Source of the DNA: Mobula hypostoma
Lineage: Eukaryota
NCBI RefSeq assembly: GCF_963921235.1
Contig: NC_086097.1
Location: forward strand, 103,728,001-103,792,000
Length of the DNA stretch: 64,000 bases
Reading direction: 5' to 3'
The position numbers were made by a program, and so were the translations under genes. Positions 45,669 to 57,950 of the stretch are shown here, in pieces; within the stretch, counting starts at the first letter, position 1; every line of letters begins with the position of its first letter. Under the pieces are notes generated by a model. The model worked only from the letters and a program-made list of their open reading frames with translations, made no database searches and was not told where the DNA came from.

Positions 45669-48614
45669 CAGCTAATGTTTCTCACATTCCCTTTAAACCA
45701 ACCAGAGGCCCCACCCCTACACTTACTCCAAACTTAAGGTTCAATGGAAAATTTATTGGTAACACTATATAACATCTAAACAAAGAAAAAACTGTGATGG
45801 TGTATTCCTAACACCCAACAGTCTTGAAACTTATCAATCCATTACCTATGTCCCCAGCACACAGAATATTATTCTTTTACCTATATAACAGAACTGGGCT
45901 ATCAACATGGATTTCCAAGAGAAAAACAATTGTGACAAATCTCATTGAGGTTCTAAATAATGGAAGTGCAAAGAGAGCCAATTAACCAAATCTTATCTTT
46001 CAGACTACCTTCAAGAACAAGAAACTGTTCAATAAAATTAAGAGCACAGAGAAATGGGGGTGATATATTAATGTGGGTTGAGCCTTAACATAAAATATAA
46101 CAAGAATACAAGAATCATTTTGAGATCGAGAGGTATTGACTAAAGGGGTGCCACATTAGTCAGGGCTGGTACACAAGCTAAATCAATGATTTGATTGAGA
46201 GGGTCAAGAGTAATCGATCCAAGTTTGCTGATGACACAAGGTTGAGTGGCAGTGTGAGCACTGAAGAGTGTCTTTGAAATCTCATTACTATGCCCACCTG
46301 ATACTTTCTTTTTCCCCTGAGAACTCCTTCAATGGCACATGGATTAAAGAAAAATGAAGGGCAATGTGGGAAGGAAGGATTAGACTGATCTTGGAGTAGC
46401 TTAAAAGATCGGCACAACATAATGAGCTGAAAATTTTCTGTGTATGCATCATCCTCTGCATGAAGTTACTTCTCATATCCCTTCTCACCTTAAACCTATG
46501 ACCTGTAGTTTTTGATTCCCTTTCTCCAAAAAAAACCTGCGTACATTCACCCCTTCTATGCCTTATGTTATAAACACCTCTTTAAGTTCACTACTTGGTT
46601 ACCCACACACCAAGAAATGAAGTGCTAGCCTATCAACCTCTCACTATAACTCAGGCCCTCAATTGGCAATACATATTATTTCCAGTTTTATTACATCTTT
46701 CTTATAACAGGCTGTGAAGAGGTATTAGGGAAAATGAATGGGCTAAGTGACTGGGCAACACGAAGCAGACAGAAGATTATGTGGAAAAGTGTGCTGCTAC
46801 ACGAAGCATTAAGGAACAGAAGCCTGGGTGAATAACAATATTTTTAGGATTGTGAAGAACAATCTGATCAGGTAGGTAATGTGAATCCTTGATATAAAAA
46901 AGGCAGAGCATTGAAAGGCACATGTATTCAGAGGGACAGTATTTCACTGAAGTTAATGTGCAAGTACAGCATGCAATCAAAAGAAAGTTTATTTGAAGAG
47001 TAGATAGTGAAACTCACAAGTTACAATCTTGCAGAGACTAGTGCCAGACACAGAAATTGATTCCTGATCATCTGAGCAGCAGAACTGTTCTTTTTAAGTA
47101 CAGACACTTCCCCCAAGTCATCAGTGTTCCAAGAAAGGTCTATAACTTGAAGTTCCCCAAATCAAAAACCCTGCCAGCTGAGGAGCCAAAAATTGCACTG
47201 GTAGATTAATTACCGACAGACTAGTACAGATCTTAGTTAGATGATAGTATTAATTAGATTGTGCACATCTATGAGCTTCAACATGTACTGGATTGGATTC
47301 CCTTCCCTACTTGAGATAGAGAAAATGCAATGAGATTCACCAGATTGTTTCCTGCATTGACAGGTTTGTGTCTGGTAAGAGATAAGCAAACGGATCCATA
47401 TTCTCCAGAGCTCGGGGAACCAGAGATGACCACATTGAACCGTACTAAATTGACAGTATGGACGCACAAAAATTATGTTTCCCATGGTTACAAAACGTGG
47501 CTCAGTCTTTCAAAACTGAGACTAAAAAAACTTTCTTCCATCCAAAGAATAGCAAATCTTTGGAATTCTCACCCTTGAAGACTATATATTTAAAACTCTC
47601 AATAAATTCTGATGATCAATAAATTATGAGGTATTCAGTGAACATGGGGTGAGTGCAGGAAGGAGCAAAGGTGAAGAATCCACCCTAATGTTAAACAGAA
47701 GGACAAGGACTGAAGGCCCAAATGGACTGTGTCTGCTGCTGCAACCTGTGTGATGATAATAAACCGACCTTGATGATCTTGTGCCAAACCAGATGCCACA
47801 CATACAATTATGTCAACTGTGTGAATCATGTAAGAGGGTTCTTTTGCTTCAAAATGGAATGACCACAGTAAGAAAAGCAGCTTTGTCAAACACAAGTATG
47901 AATTTTTAATAAAGGTTGTAAATAAATTTCCTAGTACATTAGCATTCCAAGCATGCATAAACACTCAATCACCACAAACTCAAACACCTGTGATCTGCAT
48001 ACCTGACATGACAATACAAAAGCATGGAAAATGAAAGTACTGGTATTCCAGACCTGTGGAGAAAATTCTGCCTTCTGGAAAGTTCAAGATTTTTTTCCTT
48101 TTACTGTCAAAATGAGCCAATGTTCGGATTTTTGGAGAGAAAAAATATAGGCTATTCTGAAGTCTCAGGGGCAAATCCTCAGCTATTATACAGCTGTTCA
48201 CAGTTGTCCAGTCATAAATTGCAGAAATGGTGGTTTGAAAATTCCAACTGCAACTGGCCCATTTAAATGAAAAGGCTATGTTACTGGCATAGGGACAGTG
48301 GGATAAATTACATCATCTCCTCCCACCCCCCAAAAAAAATTAATATTTCTGAATCCCCCATGTGCTTTCACCAGATTTTTTTTTAATATATAAACATCCA
48401 TAGTCAGTCAGCAGACAAAACAGATATTATATTGCAAATCAATGAGAATGAACCAGCTTGTAAAGAAATTAATGCAGGCTTGCAAATATTTCGCCAGCTA
48501 AGCGTAGTATTCACATTCCACACCCACACAGATTGAACTTTCCTCATCTTAAATTCTTATAAAGCAGCCTCTTTTTCCTTGCATTTTATGCAACGACATT
48601 TCAGATTTTGCAGA

Positions 48615-50826
48615 GGGAAGGGTCACAACCAGGTAACTTGGTACATATTGGTACCAATGACATAGGAAGGAAAAGCAAAGGAGGTCTTGAAAAGAGAATT
48701 TAGAGAGCTAGGTAGAAAGCTGAGAAACCGGATCTCTTGGGCAGTAACCTCTGGATTGCTGCCTGTGCCACATGCCAGTGAGGGTAGAAACAGGATGATT
48801 TGGCAAATAAATGCGTGGCTGAGAAGCTGGTGCAGGGGGCAGGGCTTCAGGTTCTTGGATCGTTGGGATCTCTTCTGGGGAGGTATGACCTGTTCAAAAG
48901 GAATGGGTTGCACCTGCCCGAGGGGATCAATATTCTTGCGGGCAGGTTTGTTAGAGCTGTTGGGGAGGGTTTAAACTAATTTGGCATGGGTGGTGAGAAC
49001 CAGAGTGAAGGGACTCAGATTAGGGCAGATGGTAAAAAAGCAAAGATAAAGTGCAGTCAGACAGTCATGAAAAACAGGCAGATGATATGGCATAATTGCA
49101 GCCAGCAGAGTGAGTACCAGCGCATTAGGGATACAAAATCAAAAACGGTACCAAGTGCAGCACTCAAAGTGTTATATCTCAATGCACAGAGTATAAGAAA
49201 TAAGGTGGATGATCTTATTACACTATTACAGATAATCAAGTATGATGCTGTCGCCATCAATGAATCATGGCTGAAGGATGGTTGTAGTTGGGAGCTCAAT
49301 GTCCAAGGTTACATGTTGTATCAGAGGGATAGGAAGGTCGGCAGAAGGGGTGGTGTGGGTCTGCTTGTAAAGAATGGCATCAAATCAGTAGAAAGATATG
49401 ACAGGATCAGAAGATGTTGAACCCTTCTGGGTCAAGTTAAGAAACTAATGTAAAAGGACCCTGATAGCAGTTATATACAGGCCTCCAAACAGTGGCTGGG
49501 AGGTGGACCACAGATTACACAGAAAATAGAAAAGGCCTGCCAAAAGGGCAATGTTGTGATAGTCATGGGAAATTTTAACATGCATGTCGATTGGGAAAAT
49601 CAGGTTGGTAATGGATCTCAAAAGAGTGAGTTTGTTGAATGTCTAAGAGGTGACTTTTTAAGACCAGTTTGTTGTTGAGCCGACTAGAGGATCAGCTATA
49701 CTGATTGGCTATAATTGGCTATACTGTAATGAACCAGAGGTGATTAGGGAGCTTAAGGTAAAAGAACCCTTAGGAACCAGGGAGCACAATATGATTGAGT
49801 TTAACTTGAAATTTGATAGGGAGAAAGTAAAGTCTGATGTAGCAGTATTTCAGTGGAGTAAGGGAAATTATAGTGGTAAGAGAGAGGAGTTGATCAAAGT
49901 AAATTGGAAGGAGCTGCTGGCTGAGATGTCAACAGAGCAGCAATGGTGTGCATTTCTGGGAGAAATGAGGAAGGTGCAGGACATGTGTTTTCCAAAAATG
50001 AAGAAATACTCAAATGGCAAAATATTACAACTGTGGCTGACAAGGGAAGTCAAAGCTAATGTAAAAACAAAAGAGAGGGTATATAACAAAGGAAAAATTT
50101 GTGGGAAGAGGACGATTTGGAAGTTCATAAAAACCTACATATAGCAGCTAAAAGAATCATTAGAAGGGAAAAGATGAAATATGAAAGCAAGCTAACAAAT
50201 AATATCGAAGTGGATAGTAAAAGCTGTTTCAAGTATGTTAAAAAATAAAAGATGAGAGTGAATATAGGACTGCTAGAAAATAAGGCAGGTGAAAATGAAA
50301 CGGGACAAGGAGATGGCAGAAGAACTAAATGAGTATTTTGCAGACACAAGGATGTTTCCAGGAATGAAAGGGAACGTTTCACAAGGAACATTTGATGGTT
50401 CTGGGTCTGTACTCACTGGAATTTAGGATGAGAGGGAATCTCATTGAAAGCTTTTGAATGCTGAAAGGCCTAGACAGAGTAGATGTGGAAAGGATGTTTC
50501 CCATGGTGGGAGAGTCTAGGACAAGAGGGAACAGCCTCAGGATACAGGAGCATCCATTCAAAACGGAGATGCAGAGAAATTTCTTTGGCCAGAGGGCGGA
50601 GAATTGATGGAATTTGTTGCCTCGTGCAGTCATAGAGGCCAGGTCATTGGGTGTATTTAAGGCAGAGATTGGTAGGTTCTTGTTTGGACATGGCATCAAA
50701 GGTTACAGGGAGAAGGCCAGGAAATGAGGCTGAGGAGAAAAATAAAGGATCAGCCATGATTGCGTGGTGAAGCAGACTCAATGAGCCAAATGGCCCAATT
50801 CTGCTCTGATGTCTTATGGTCCTGTG
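48615..50826 (+). mobile_element. CR1 LINE: ORF1 end, APE region, large internal deletion, 3' end
   Basis: HIGTNDI and WLRSWCRGQGFRFLDRW; LYLNAQSIRNK; sequence jumps near 50345 from the ELNEYFA region to the 3' end. Confidence 0.82.
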
Positions 50827-50829
50827 GTC

Positions 50830-53545
50830 TAATTTGAAAAGGTGTGTCAAAAGAGCAATGTATGATAGTCATGGGAGATTTCAACATGCAGTTCGATTGG
50901 GAAAGATCAGGTTGGAAATAGATCTCAAGAGTGAGTTTTTTGAATGCCTACGGGATGGCTTTTCAGAACAGTTTGTCATTGAGCCCACTAAGGGATCATC
51001 TATACTGGATTGGACATTATGTAATGAACTGGAGGTGATTTGGAAGCTTGAGGTAAAAGAACCCTTAGGAGACAATGATCACAATATGATTGAGTTCAAC
51101 TTGAAACTTGACAGGGACAAAGTGTGATGTAGTAGTATTTCAGTGGAGTAAAGGAAATTACGGTGGTATGAGAGAAGATTTGGCCAACGTAAACTGGAAG
51201 GAGCTGCAGGCAGGGATGACAGCAGAGAAGCAATGGTGTGAGCTTCTAGGAAAAACGAGGAAGATGCAGAATAGATGTATTCCAAAAATGAATACCCAAA
51301 TGGCAAAGTGGCTGACAACGAAAGTCAAAGCTAATGTAAAAGCAAAAGAGAGGGCATACAACAAAGCAAAAATTAGTGGGAAGGTAGAGGATTGGGAAAG
51401 TTTTAAAAACCTACAGAAAACAACCAAAAAATGATGGGGAGGGAAAAAATGAAAGCAAGCAATATCAAAGTGGATAGTAAAAGCTTTTTCAAGTACATAA
51501 AAAGAGATCAGAGTGGATACAGGACCACTAGAAAATGAAGCCAGAGAAATAATAACGGGGGACAAGGAGATGGCATATGAACTAAATGAGTATTTTGCAT
51601 CAGTCTTCACTGTGGAAGACACTAGCAGTGTGCGAGATGCTGAAGGGTGTGAGGGAAGAGAAGTGTGCGCCATTACTATTACAAGGGTGAAGGTGCTCAA
51701 AAAGCTGAAAGACCCAAGGGTACGTAAGTCACCCAGACAAGGTGAACTGCAGCCTGGGGTTCTGAAAGAGGTAGCGGTAGGGACTGTGGGAGCACTAGTA
51801 ATGATCTTTCAAAGATCATTGGACTCTGGCATGGTGCCAGAGGACTGGAAAATTGCAAATGTCACTCCACTCTTTTAAAGAATGGAGGAAGGCAGCAGAA
51901 AAGAAAATATAGACCAGTTACCCTGACTTCAGTGGTTAGGAAGATACTGGAGTCAATTGTTAAGGAGGTGGTTATGGCGTACTTCGTGACACAGGACAAG
52001 ATTGGACAAAGTCAGCATGGTTTCCTTAAAGGAAAACTATGCCAGATGAACTTTGTTGGAATTCTTTGAGAAGATTATACATAGCATAGATAAAGGGATG
52101 CAGTAGGCCTTTAACAAGGTGCCATGCATAAGGCTGCTTACCAAGGTGCAGAGCCCATGGCGTTATAGGAAAGTTACTGGCATGGTTAGAGCATTGGCTG
52201 ATTGGCAAGAGGCAGGAATGGGAATAAAAGGATCCTTTTCTGTTTGAAAGGGGTGGTGTTGGGACCACTTCCTTTTATGCTGTATATCAATAAGTTAGAT
52301 GATGGAATAGATGGCTTTGTTGCCAAGTTTTTGGATGAGATTGGTGGAGGGGCAGGTAGTGTTGAGGAAACAGGAAGGCTGCAGAATGATTTAAACAGAT
52401 TGGGCAAGAGAGAGGCAAATAGAACATAGAATAGTACAGCACAGTACAGGCCCTTCGGCCCACAATGTTGTGTCGACCCTCAAACCCTGCCTCCCATATA
52501 AGCCCCCACCTTAGATTCCTCCATATACCTGTCTAGTAGTCTCTTAAACTTCACTTGTGTATCTGCCTCCACCACTGACTCAGGCAGTGCATTCCACGCA
52601 CCAACCACTCTCTGAGTAAAAAAACTTCCTCTAATATCCCCCTTGAACTTCCCACCTCTTACCTTAAAGCCATGTATTGAGCAGTGGTGCCCTGGGGAAG
52701 AGGCGCTGGATATCCACTCTATCTATTCCTCTTATTATCTTGAAATACAATGTTGGAAAATACATCAACATGCATTTTGGTAGTACAAATAAATGTGCAG
52801 ACTATTTCTAAATGGGGAGAAAATCCAAAACTCTGTGATGCAAGGGGACTTGGGAGTCCTTGTGCAGCACACCCTAAAGGTTAACTTGCATATAGAGTCA
52901 GTGGTGAGGAAGACAAATGCAATGTTAGCATTCATTTCAAGAGGTCTAGAATACAAGAGCAGGGATGTGATGCTGAAGCTTAATGAGGCACTGTTGAGGC
53001 CTCACCTTGAGTATTGTGAACAGTTTTGGGCCCCTAATCTTAGAAAAGATGTGCTGGCATTGGAGAGGGTTCAGAGGAGGCTCACAAGGGAATAAAAAGG
53101 GTTATCATACAAGGAACATTTGATAGCTCTGGGTCTGCACTCACTGGAATTTAGAAGGATAAGGGGGGACCTCGTTGAAACCTTTCGAATGTTGAATGGC
53201 CTAAACAGAGTAGATGTGCAAAGAATGTTTCCAATGGTGGGAGAGTCTAGGACAAGAGGACACAGCCTCAGGATAGAGGGTGTCCATTTAAAACAGAGAT
53301 GCAGAGAAATTTCTTTAGCCAGAGGCTGGTGTATTTGTGGAATTCATTACCCCAGGCAGCTGTGCAGGCCAAGTCATCGGGTGTATTTAAGGCAGAGATA
53401 GATAACTTCTTGACTGGACATAGCATCAGAGATTATGGGGAGAAGGCCGGGGAGTGGGGCGGAGGAGGGGATCAGTCATGATGGAATGGTGGAGCAGACT
53501 CAATGAGCCAAATGGCCCAACTCTGCTCCTATGTCCTATGGTCTT
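50830..53545 (+). mobile_element. CR1 LINE (APE to 3' UTR) containing an inverted CR1 3' fragment at ~52423-52742
   Basis: EPLGDNDHNMIEF, ELNEYFASVFT, VPEDWKIANV and LLRPHLEYCEQFW motifs. Confidence 0.85.
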
Positions 53546-55096
53546 ATTACAAAATGCTGCGGGGATCAAAGGCCTACTGAGAAAGGAAAATGATATTGAT
53601 ACAGAAGATCAGCATGATCCTGATTAACGGTAGATCAGACTCTTAATTTTTAGGTTGTTAGGGCAGATATACCTGTGCATTCTAGAGTACATCAAAACTC
53701 TGAACACTTTACACTGGGATGAAGAAATCTGTGTGAAAATCACCTTCGTGACACAGGAGTCAACATTTGGCCCATCAGAGCTATGCCAGCTCAGGAAACA
53801 TCCTCATTCCCCCACCCACTCCATTACAACACATTTTGTTATAAATGTTGGCATTAGAAGCAATTGCAAGCATAGCATGATAAAGCAAACAAATGTTAAC
53901 CACATGGCCTGTAAGCAGTGTAGCTCTGTGGCAACCCTAGCCCCAGCCTATATACTCCATGTCTTATCCAACCCCTCCCCACCCCATGCTCTGCAACTTA
54001 ATTTAGCTTTTCTCATTAGCAGATCTGATCTGAGAAGTTAACTAAGAATTTTACTCCACAGGTGATGTTTCCAGAATCTTGTTTTCAAATTAAGGTTACC
54101 AGGTTACTGATTTCCTTTCTTTGGTGTGCTCCTGGGTAACTTTGGTCTGCTCTGAATTCTATGTAAGTTCTAGTTAAGGATTCCTCCTGTGCAGAATCAC
54201 AAGGGCAATACCCAAACCTTAAAATGTTAGTTATACAGTTTCCACCAAATACCAATGGTTAAATACTTCTCAAGCAAGTTGCTCCAGTTTTCAAGATTTA
54301 ATTCCTATCAGATGATATTGGTATACAGGAGACACAGAGGGACGGCCAAAAGCATTGTAACTCTCAATATTAGTAACCACAAAGCACAAACATAAATATT
54401 CACTCCTACACCTCTGACAACTTGTTTGTGGACTTTTTATAGAAGCACAGGGTAAGTGCCCAAAAGAAAAAATGAAATTAAGGGGGAGAAAAGGAAGGGG
54501 GTGGAGCATGTAACCACAAAGTAGTAATGACAGCACCTCTACTTCCTTAGAAGTTGGCGTTGATCTGGCATGTCACCCAAAACTTTGACAAAATTATACA
54601 GATGCGCAGTGGAGAGTAACAGGTTGCATCATGGCCTGGAATGGAAACACTAATGACCAGGGATGAAGTAGTCTATAGACAGTGGTAGATACAAGCCCAG
54701 TAAATCAAAGGCAAGGCCCTTACCATCACTGAGCACATTCAGAAGGGGTGCTGCCACAAGTTCAAATTCAAATTTATGGTCCTTGAACTATACTCCAAAT
54801 GAAACAACACTCCTCTTGAGCTGGGTGCACAGCATAGTACATAAACACACAAGTAATACCACCACAAATAAATTAACAAATAATAAGGTACACAAGCTAA
54901 AAAAATAAACAGTGTAATCTTGCTGCCGCTTCATACGTAATAAGACCTGGATGATAGCATGGCCTGAGGGGAAAGCTGTTTCCTATCTTAACAGCATATA
55001 CACGAAGAAATCTGCAGATGCTGGAAATTCAAGCAACACACATCAAAGTTGCTGGTGAACGCAGCAGGCCAGGCAGCATCTCTAGGAAGAGGTACA

Positions 55097-55130
55097 GTCG
55101 ACGTTTCGGGTCGAGACCCTTCGTCAGGAC
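55097..55130 (-). ncRNA. Minimal hammerhead ribozyme motif (minus strand)
   Basis: GTC-CTGACGA-A-GGGT-CTCG-ACCC-GAAAC-GTC-GAC; stem I only 3 bp. Confidence 0.6.
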
Positions 55131-55138
55131 CCTTCGTT

Positions 55139-55174
55139 AGTCCTGACGAAGGGTCTCGGCCCGAAACGTCGACT
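55139..55174 (+). ncRNA. Minimal hammerhead ribozyme motif (plus strand)
   Basis: AGTC-CTGACGA-A-GGGT-CTCG-GCCC-GAAAC-GTC-GACT; predicted cleavage after 55170. Confidence 0.7.
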
Positions 55175-56879
55175 GTACCTCTTCCTAGAGATGCTGTCTG
55201 GCCTGCTGCGTTCACCAGCAACTTTGATGTGTGTTCCTATCTTAACAGTCCATGTGCTAATGCTATGGTACCTCTTGCCTGATAGTAGGGGGTTAGAGAT
55301 GGTTGAACAGATGTGAGGGATCATTGACGATACTAAGGGCTCTGCATACACAGTACTCTGCATAAATATCTCTGATGGGTGGAAAAGAGATCCCATGGGT
55401 TCTTCCAATCCTTTGTAGGAACTTGCAGTCAAATGCCTTGTAATTCCATATCAGACAGTGATGTAGCTGGTCAGGATACTCTCAAGGTGCTCCTGTAAAA
55501 ATTTGTTAGAATGGGAGAGGGAGTGAGCCGAGCTCATCTCAATCACCTCAGGAAGTGGAGACACTGCTTTCTTAACCAAAGAGGTGGTGTTGAGTGACCT
55601 GGAGAGGACGTCTGCTATGTGCACACCCAGAAACTTGATGCTCCTAACTCAACATGGTGTTTATGGTCAGCCTGCACCTTTCTAAAGTCCACTATCATCT
55701 CAATGTCTGCATTGAGACAAGTCAAGAAAGCAGCATCCATACCCACCCAGGCTATGCTCTCTTCTCACTAATTCCATCAAATCAGAGGCACAGCAGCCTG
55801 AGATGCCACACCACCAGGTTCAGGAACAGTTATTACCCAATAAGCATCAAGCTCCTGAAATGGCATGGATAACTTCTTTCAGCACAACTCTGAACTGATT
55901 CCACAACGTACAGACTCACAAGGACACTGCAGATCATGTTTTTAATATTATTTAAGTATTTCTTGCAGTTTGCCTTCTTTCGCATATTGTTTGTCAGTCT
56001 TTATGAATAGTTTTTCATAAATTATATGGTATTTCTTTATTTTCCTGTAAATGCCTGCAAGAAAATGAAATTAAGGTAGTATATGGCAAATAGGACATAG
56101 TACAGTACAGGCCCTTCAGCCTACAAAATTGTGACAACCTTTTAACCTACAACGATCAATTTAATCCTTCCCTCTACATAGCAATCCACTTTTTTTCATC
56201 CATATCTAAGGGTCTCTTTAACATCCTGAATGTATCTGCCTCCACCACCACCCTCAGTAGTGCATTCCACACACTTACCATGAAACTTGAGTTCATGAAA
56301 TTTAAGGAAGTACCAAATACTACCTAGAATTGCAGCGACAGTGCTTGTTGATGACACTCAGAATGTAAAATGAAAACTTCCTGTGCGTGTGAGCCTTTTG
56401 CCCCCTGGAGTCTGTGCTTCCATTCAAGAAGAACATGGCTGATTGAATCTTGGTCTCAGTTGCATTTTCCATCCTGTTCCCTTTATCTCATTAACATCTA
56501 AACTTCTATTTTTATATTATAACTCTAGAGCAGAAGTAGGCCACTTGTACAACAAATTACTCTCACTTTGAAGGACTACTCCACTGTTTCTCTCACACCC
56601 CAAGGATAATGCTAGTAGGTTAAAGATTTCCTCATTTGGGAATATGTCTTCATTATGAGTATACTGTATATTTGTGGGTTTGACTCCTTTCCCCCAGCTT
56701 CACTGCCTACACTGCAGCAATTTGCCAAATCAAAGCACTCAGTATCCACATTCAACTCTTTGCTCAGTGAAGCTGTTCACTCATCCCCAGACTGAACTAA
56801 AGTGGAAGTGTATGGGGAAATTTCCGTAAGGAATTGAGAACAGTGAGCCAATGAAAGGGCAGAGAGATCAGAATTGCCT

Positions 56880-57950
56880 ATTGCAGGGCAGGAAGAGGGA
56901 GCCCAGGTGTTCTACACATATGAAGAACAGGAGGATGACTAGAGTGAGGATAGGACTGATCAGTGATAGAAGAGAAAACGTGCCTGGAGTCAGAGGAGGT
57001 AGGGGAAGTCCTGAATGAATACTTTGCTTCAGTATTCACCAGTGAGAGGGACCTTGACACTTGTGAGGACAGCGTAAAGCAGGCTGATAGAACAGGACTT
57101 CAAGAAATGGCATGTGCTGGAACATTTGAAAAACATTAGGAAACAGAAGTCTCCAGGGTCAGATGGGAAATATCCCAGGTTACTACAGCAAGCAAGGGAA
57201 GAGACTGGGGTGGCCATTAGCAATAATCTTTGCATCCTCACCGGCTACAGGAGTAGTACTAGATGATTGGAGGGAGACCAATGCTAATCCTTTGTACAAA
57301 AAAAAAGAGTAAGGATAACACTGGGAATTACAGACCAGTGAATTTTACATCAGTGGTGGGTAGGTTGTTGCAGACAGGATTTACACACATGGCCTGATTC
57401 AAGAAAGTCAGCATGATTTTGTGAGGGGGAGGTCATGCCTCAGGAGCCTGTCTGAACTCTTTGAGGATGTGATAAAGCACATTGAGGAAGGTAAAGTAGT
57501 GGATGTGATATACATGGATTTTAGTAAGGCACTTGATAAAGGTTCCCACAGTAGATTCATTCAGAAAGTCAGGAGGTATGGGATCCAGGGAAACTTGGCT
57601 GCGTGGATACAAAATTGGCTTGCCCATAGAAGGCTGAGGGTGGTTGTAGATGGAGCAGATTCTGCCTGGAGGTCGGTGACTAATGGTGTTCCATAGTGAT
57701 CTGTTCTGGGCACTCTGCTCTGACTTTTTCTATATGACTTGGACGAGGAGGTGAAAATGTAGGTTAGTAAGTTTGCAGATGACACAAAGGTTGGAGGAGT
57801 TGTAGGTTATGTAGAAAGTTGGTGTAGGTTACAATAGAATATTAGCAAAATGAAGAGCTGGGCTGAGAAATGGCAAATGGAGTTCAACCAGAAGAGAATG
57901 AAGTGATACACTTTCGAAGGTCGAATTTATAGGCAGAATACAAGGTTAAT
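56880..57950 (+). mobile_element. CR1 RT fragment
   Basis: ORF 57421-57696 (GRSCLRSL..IYMDFSKALDK) and KFADDTK near 57770-57790. Confidence 0.8.

Larger units (their letters stand above)
54995..55235. mobile_element. Young Penelope-derived fold-back insertion with a hammerhead motif on each strand
   Basis: TSD CCTATCTTAACAG at 54982-54994 and 55236-55248; 96-bp inverted arms 55035-55130 and 55140-55235 with 2 mismatches and a 9-nt spacer. Confidence 0.9.
54535..56090. mobile_element. Nested Rex1/Babar 3' fragments on both strands
   Basis: Plus fragment 54535-54760 resumes ~55710 (HPGYALFSLIPS..RCHTTRFRNSY); minus fragment ~54760-55700 lies between. Confidence 0.65.

Noticed and set aside
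49691..49725. Short tandem duplication (GCTATA...ATTGGCTATA), and similar ones at 26392-26420 and 21911-21930
   Set aside because: Ordinary slippage duplications inside decayed elements.
54988..55282. Near-identical ORFs on both strands (MLVNAAGQ...)
   Set aside because: Artefact of the inverted repeat; non-ATG starts and no domain signature.
56698..56825. Plus-strand exon candidate (cctttcccccag ... /gtaagg)
   Set aside because: Only one open frame, peptide unrecognised, no supporting neighbouring exons.
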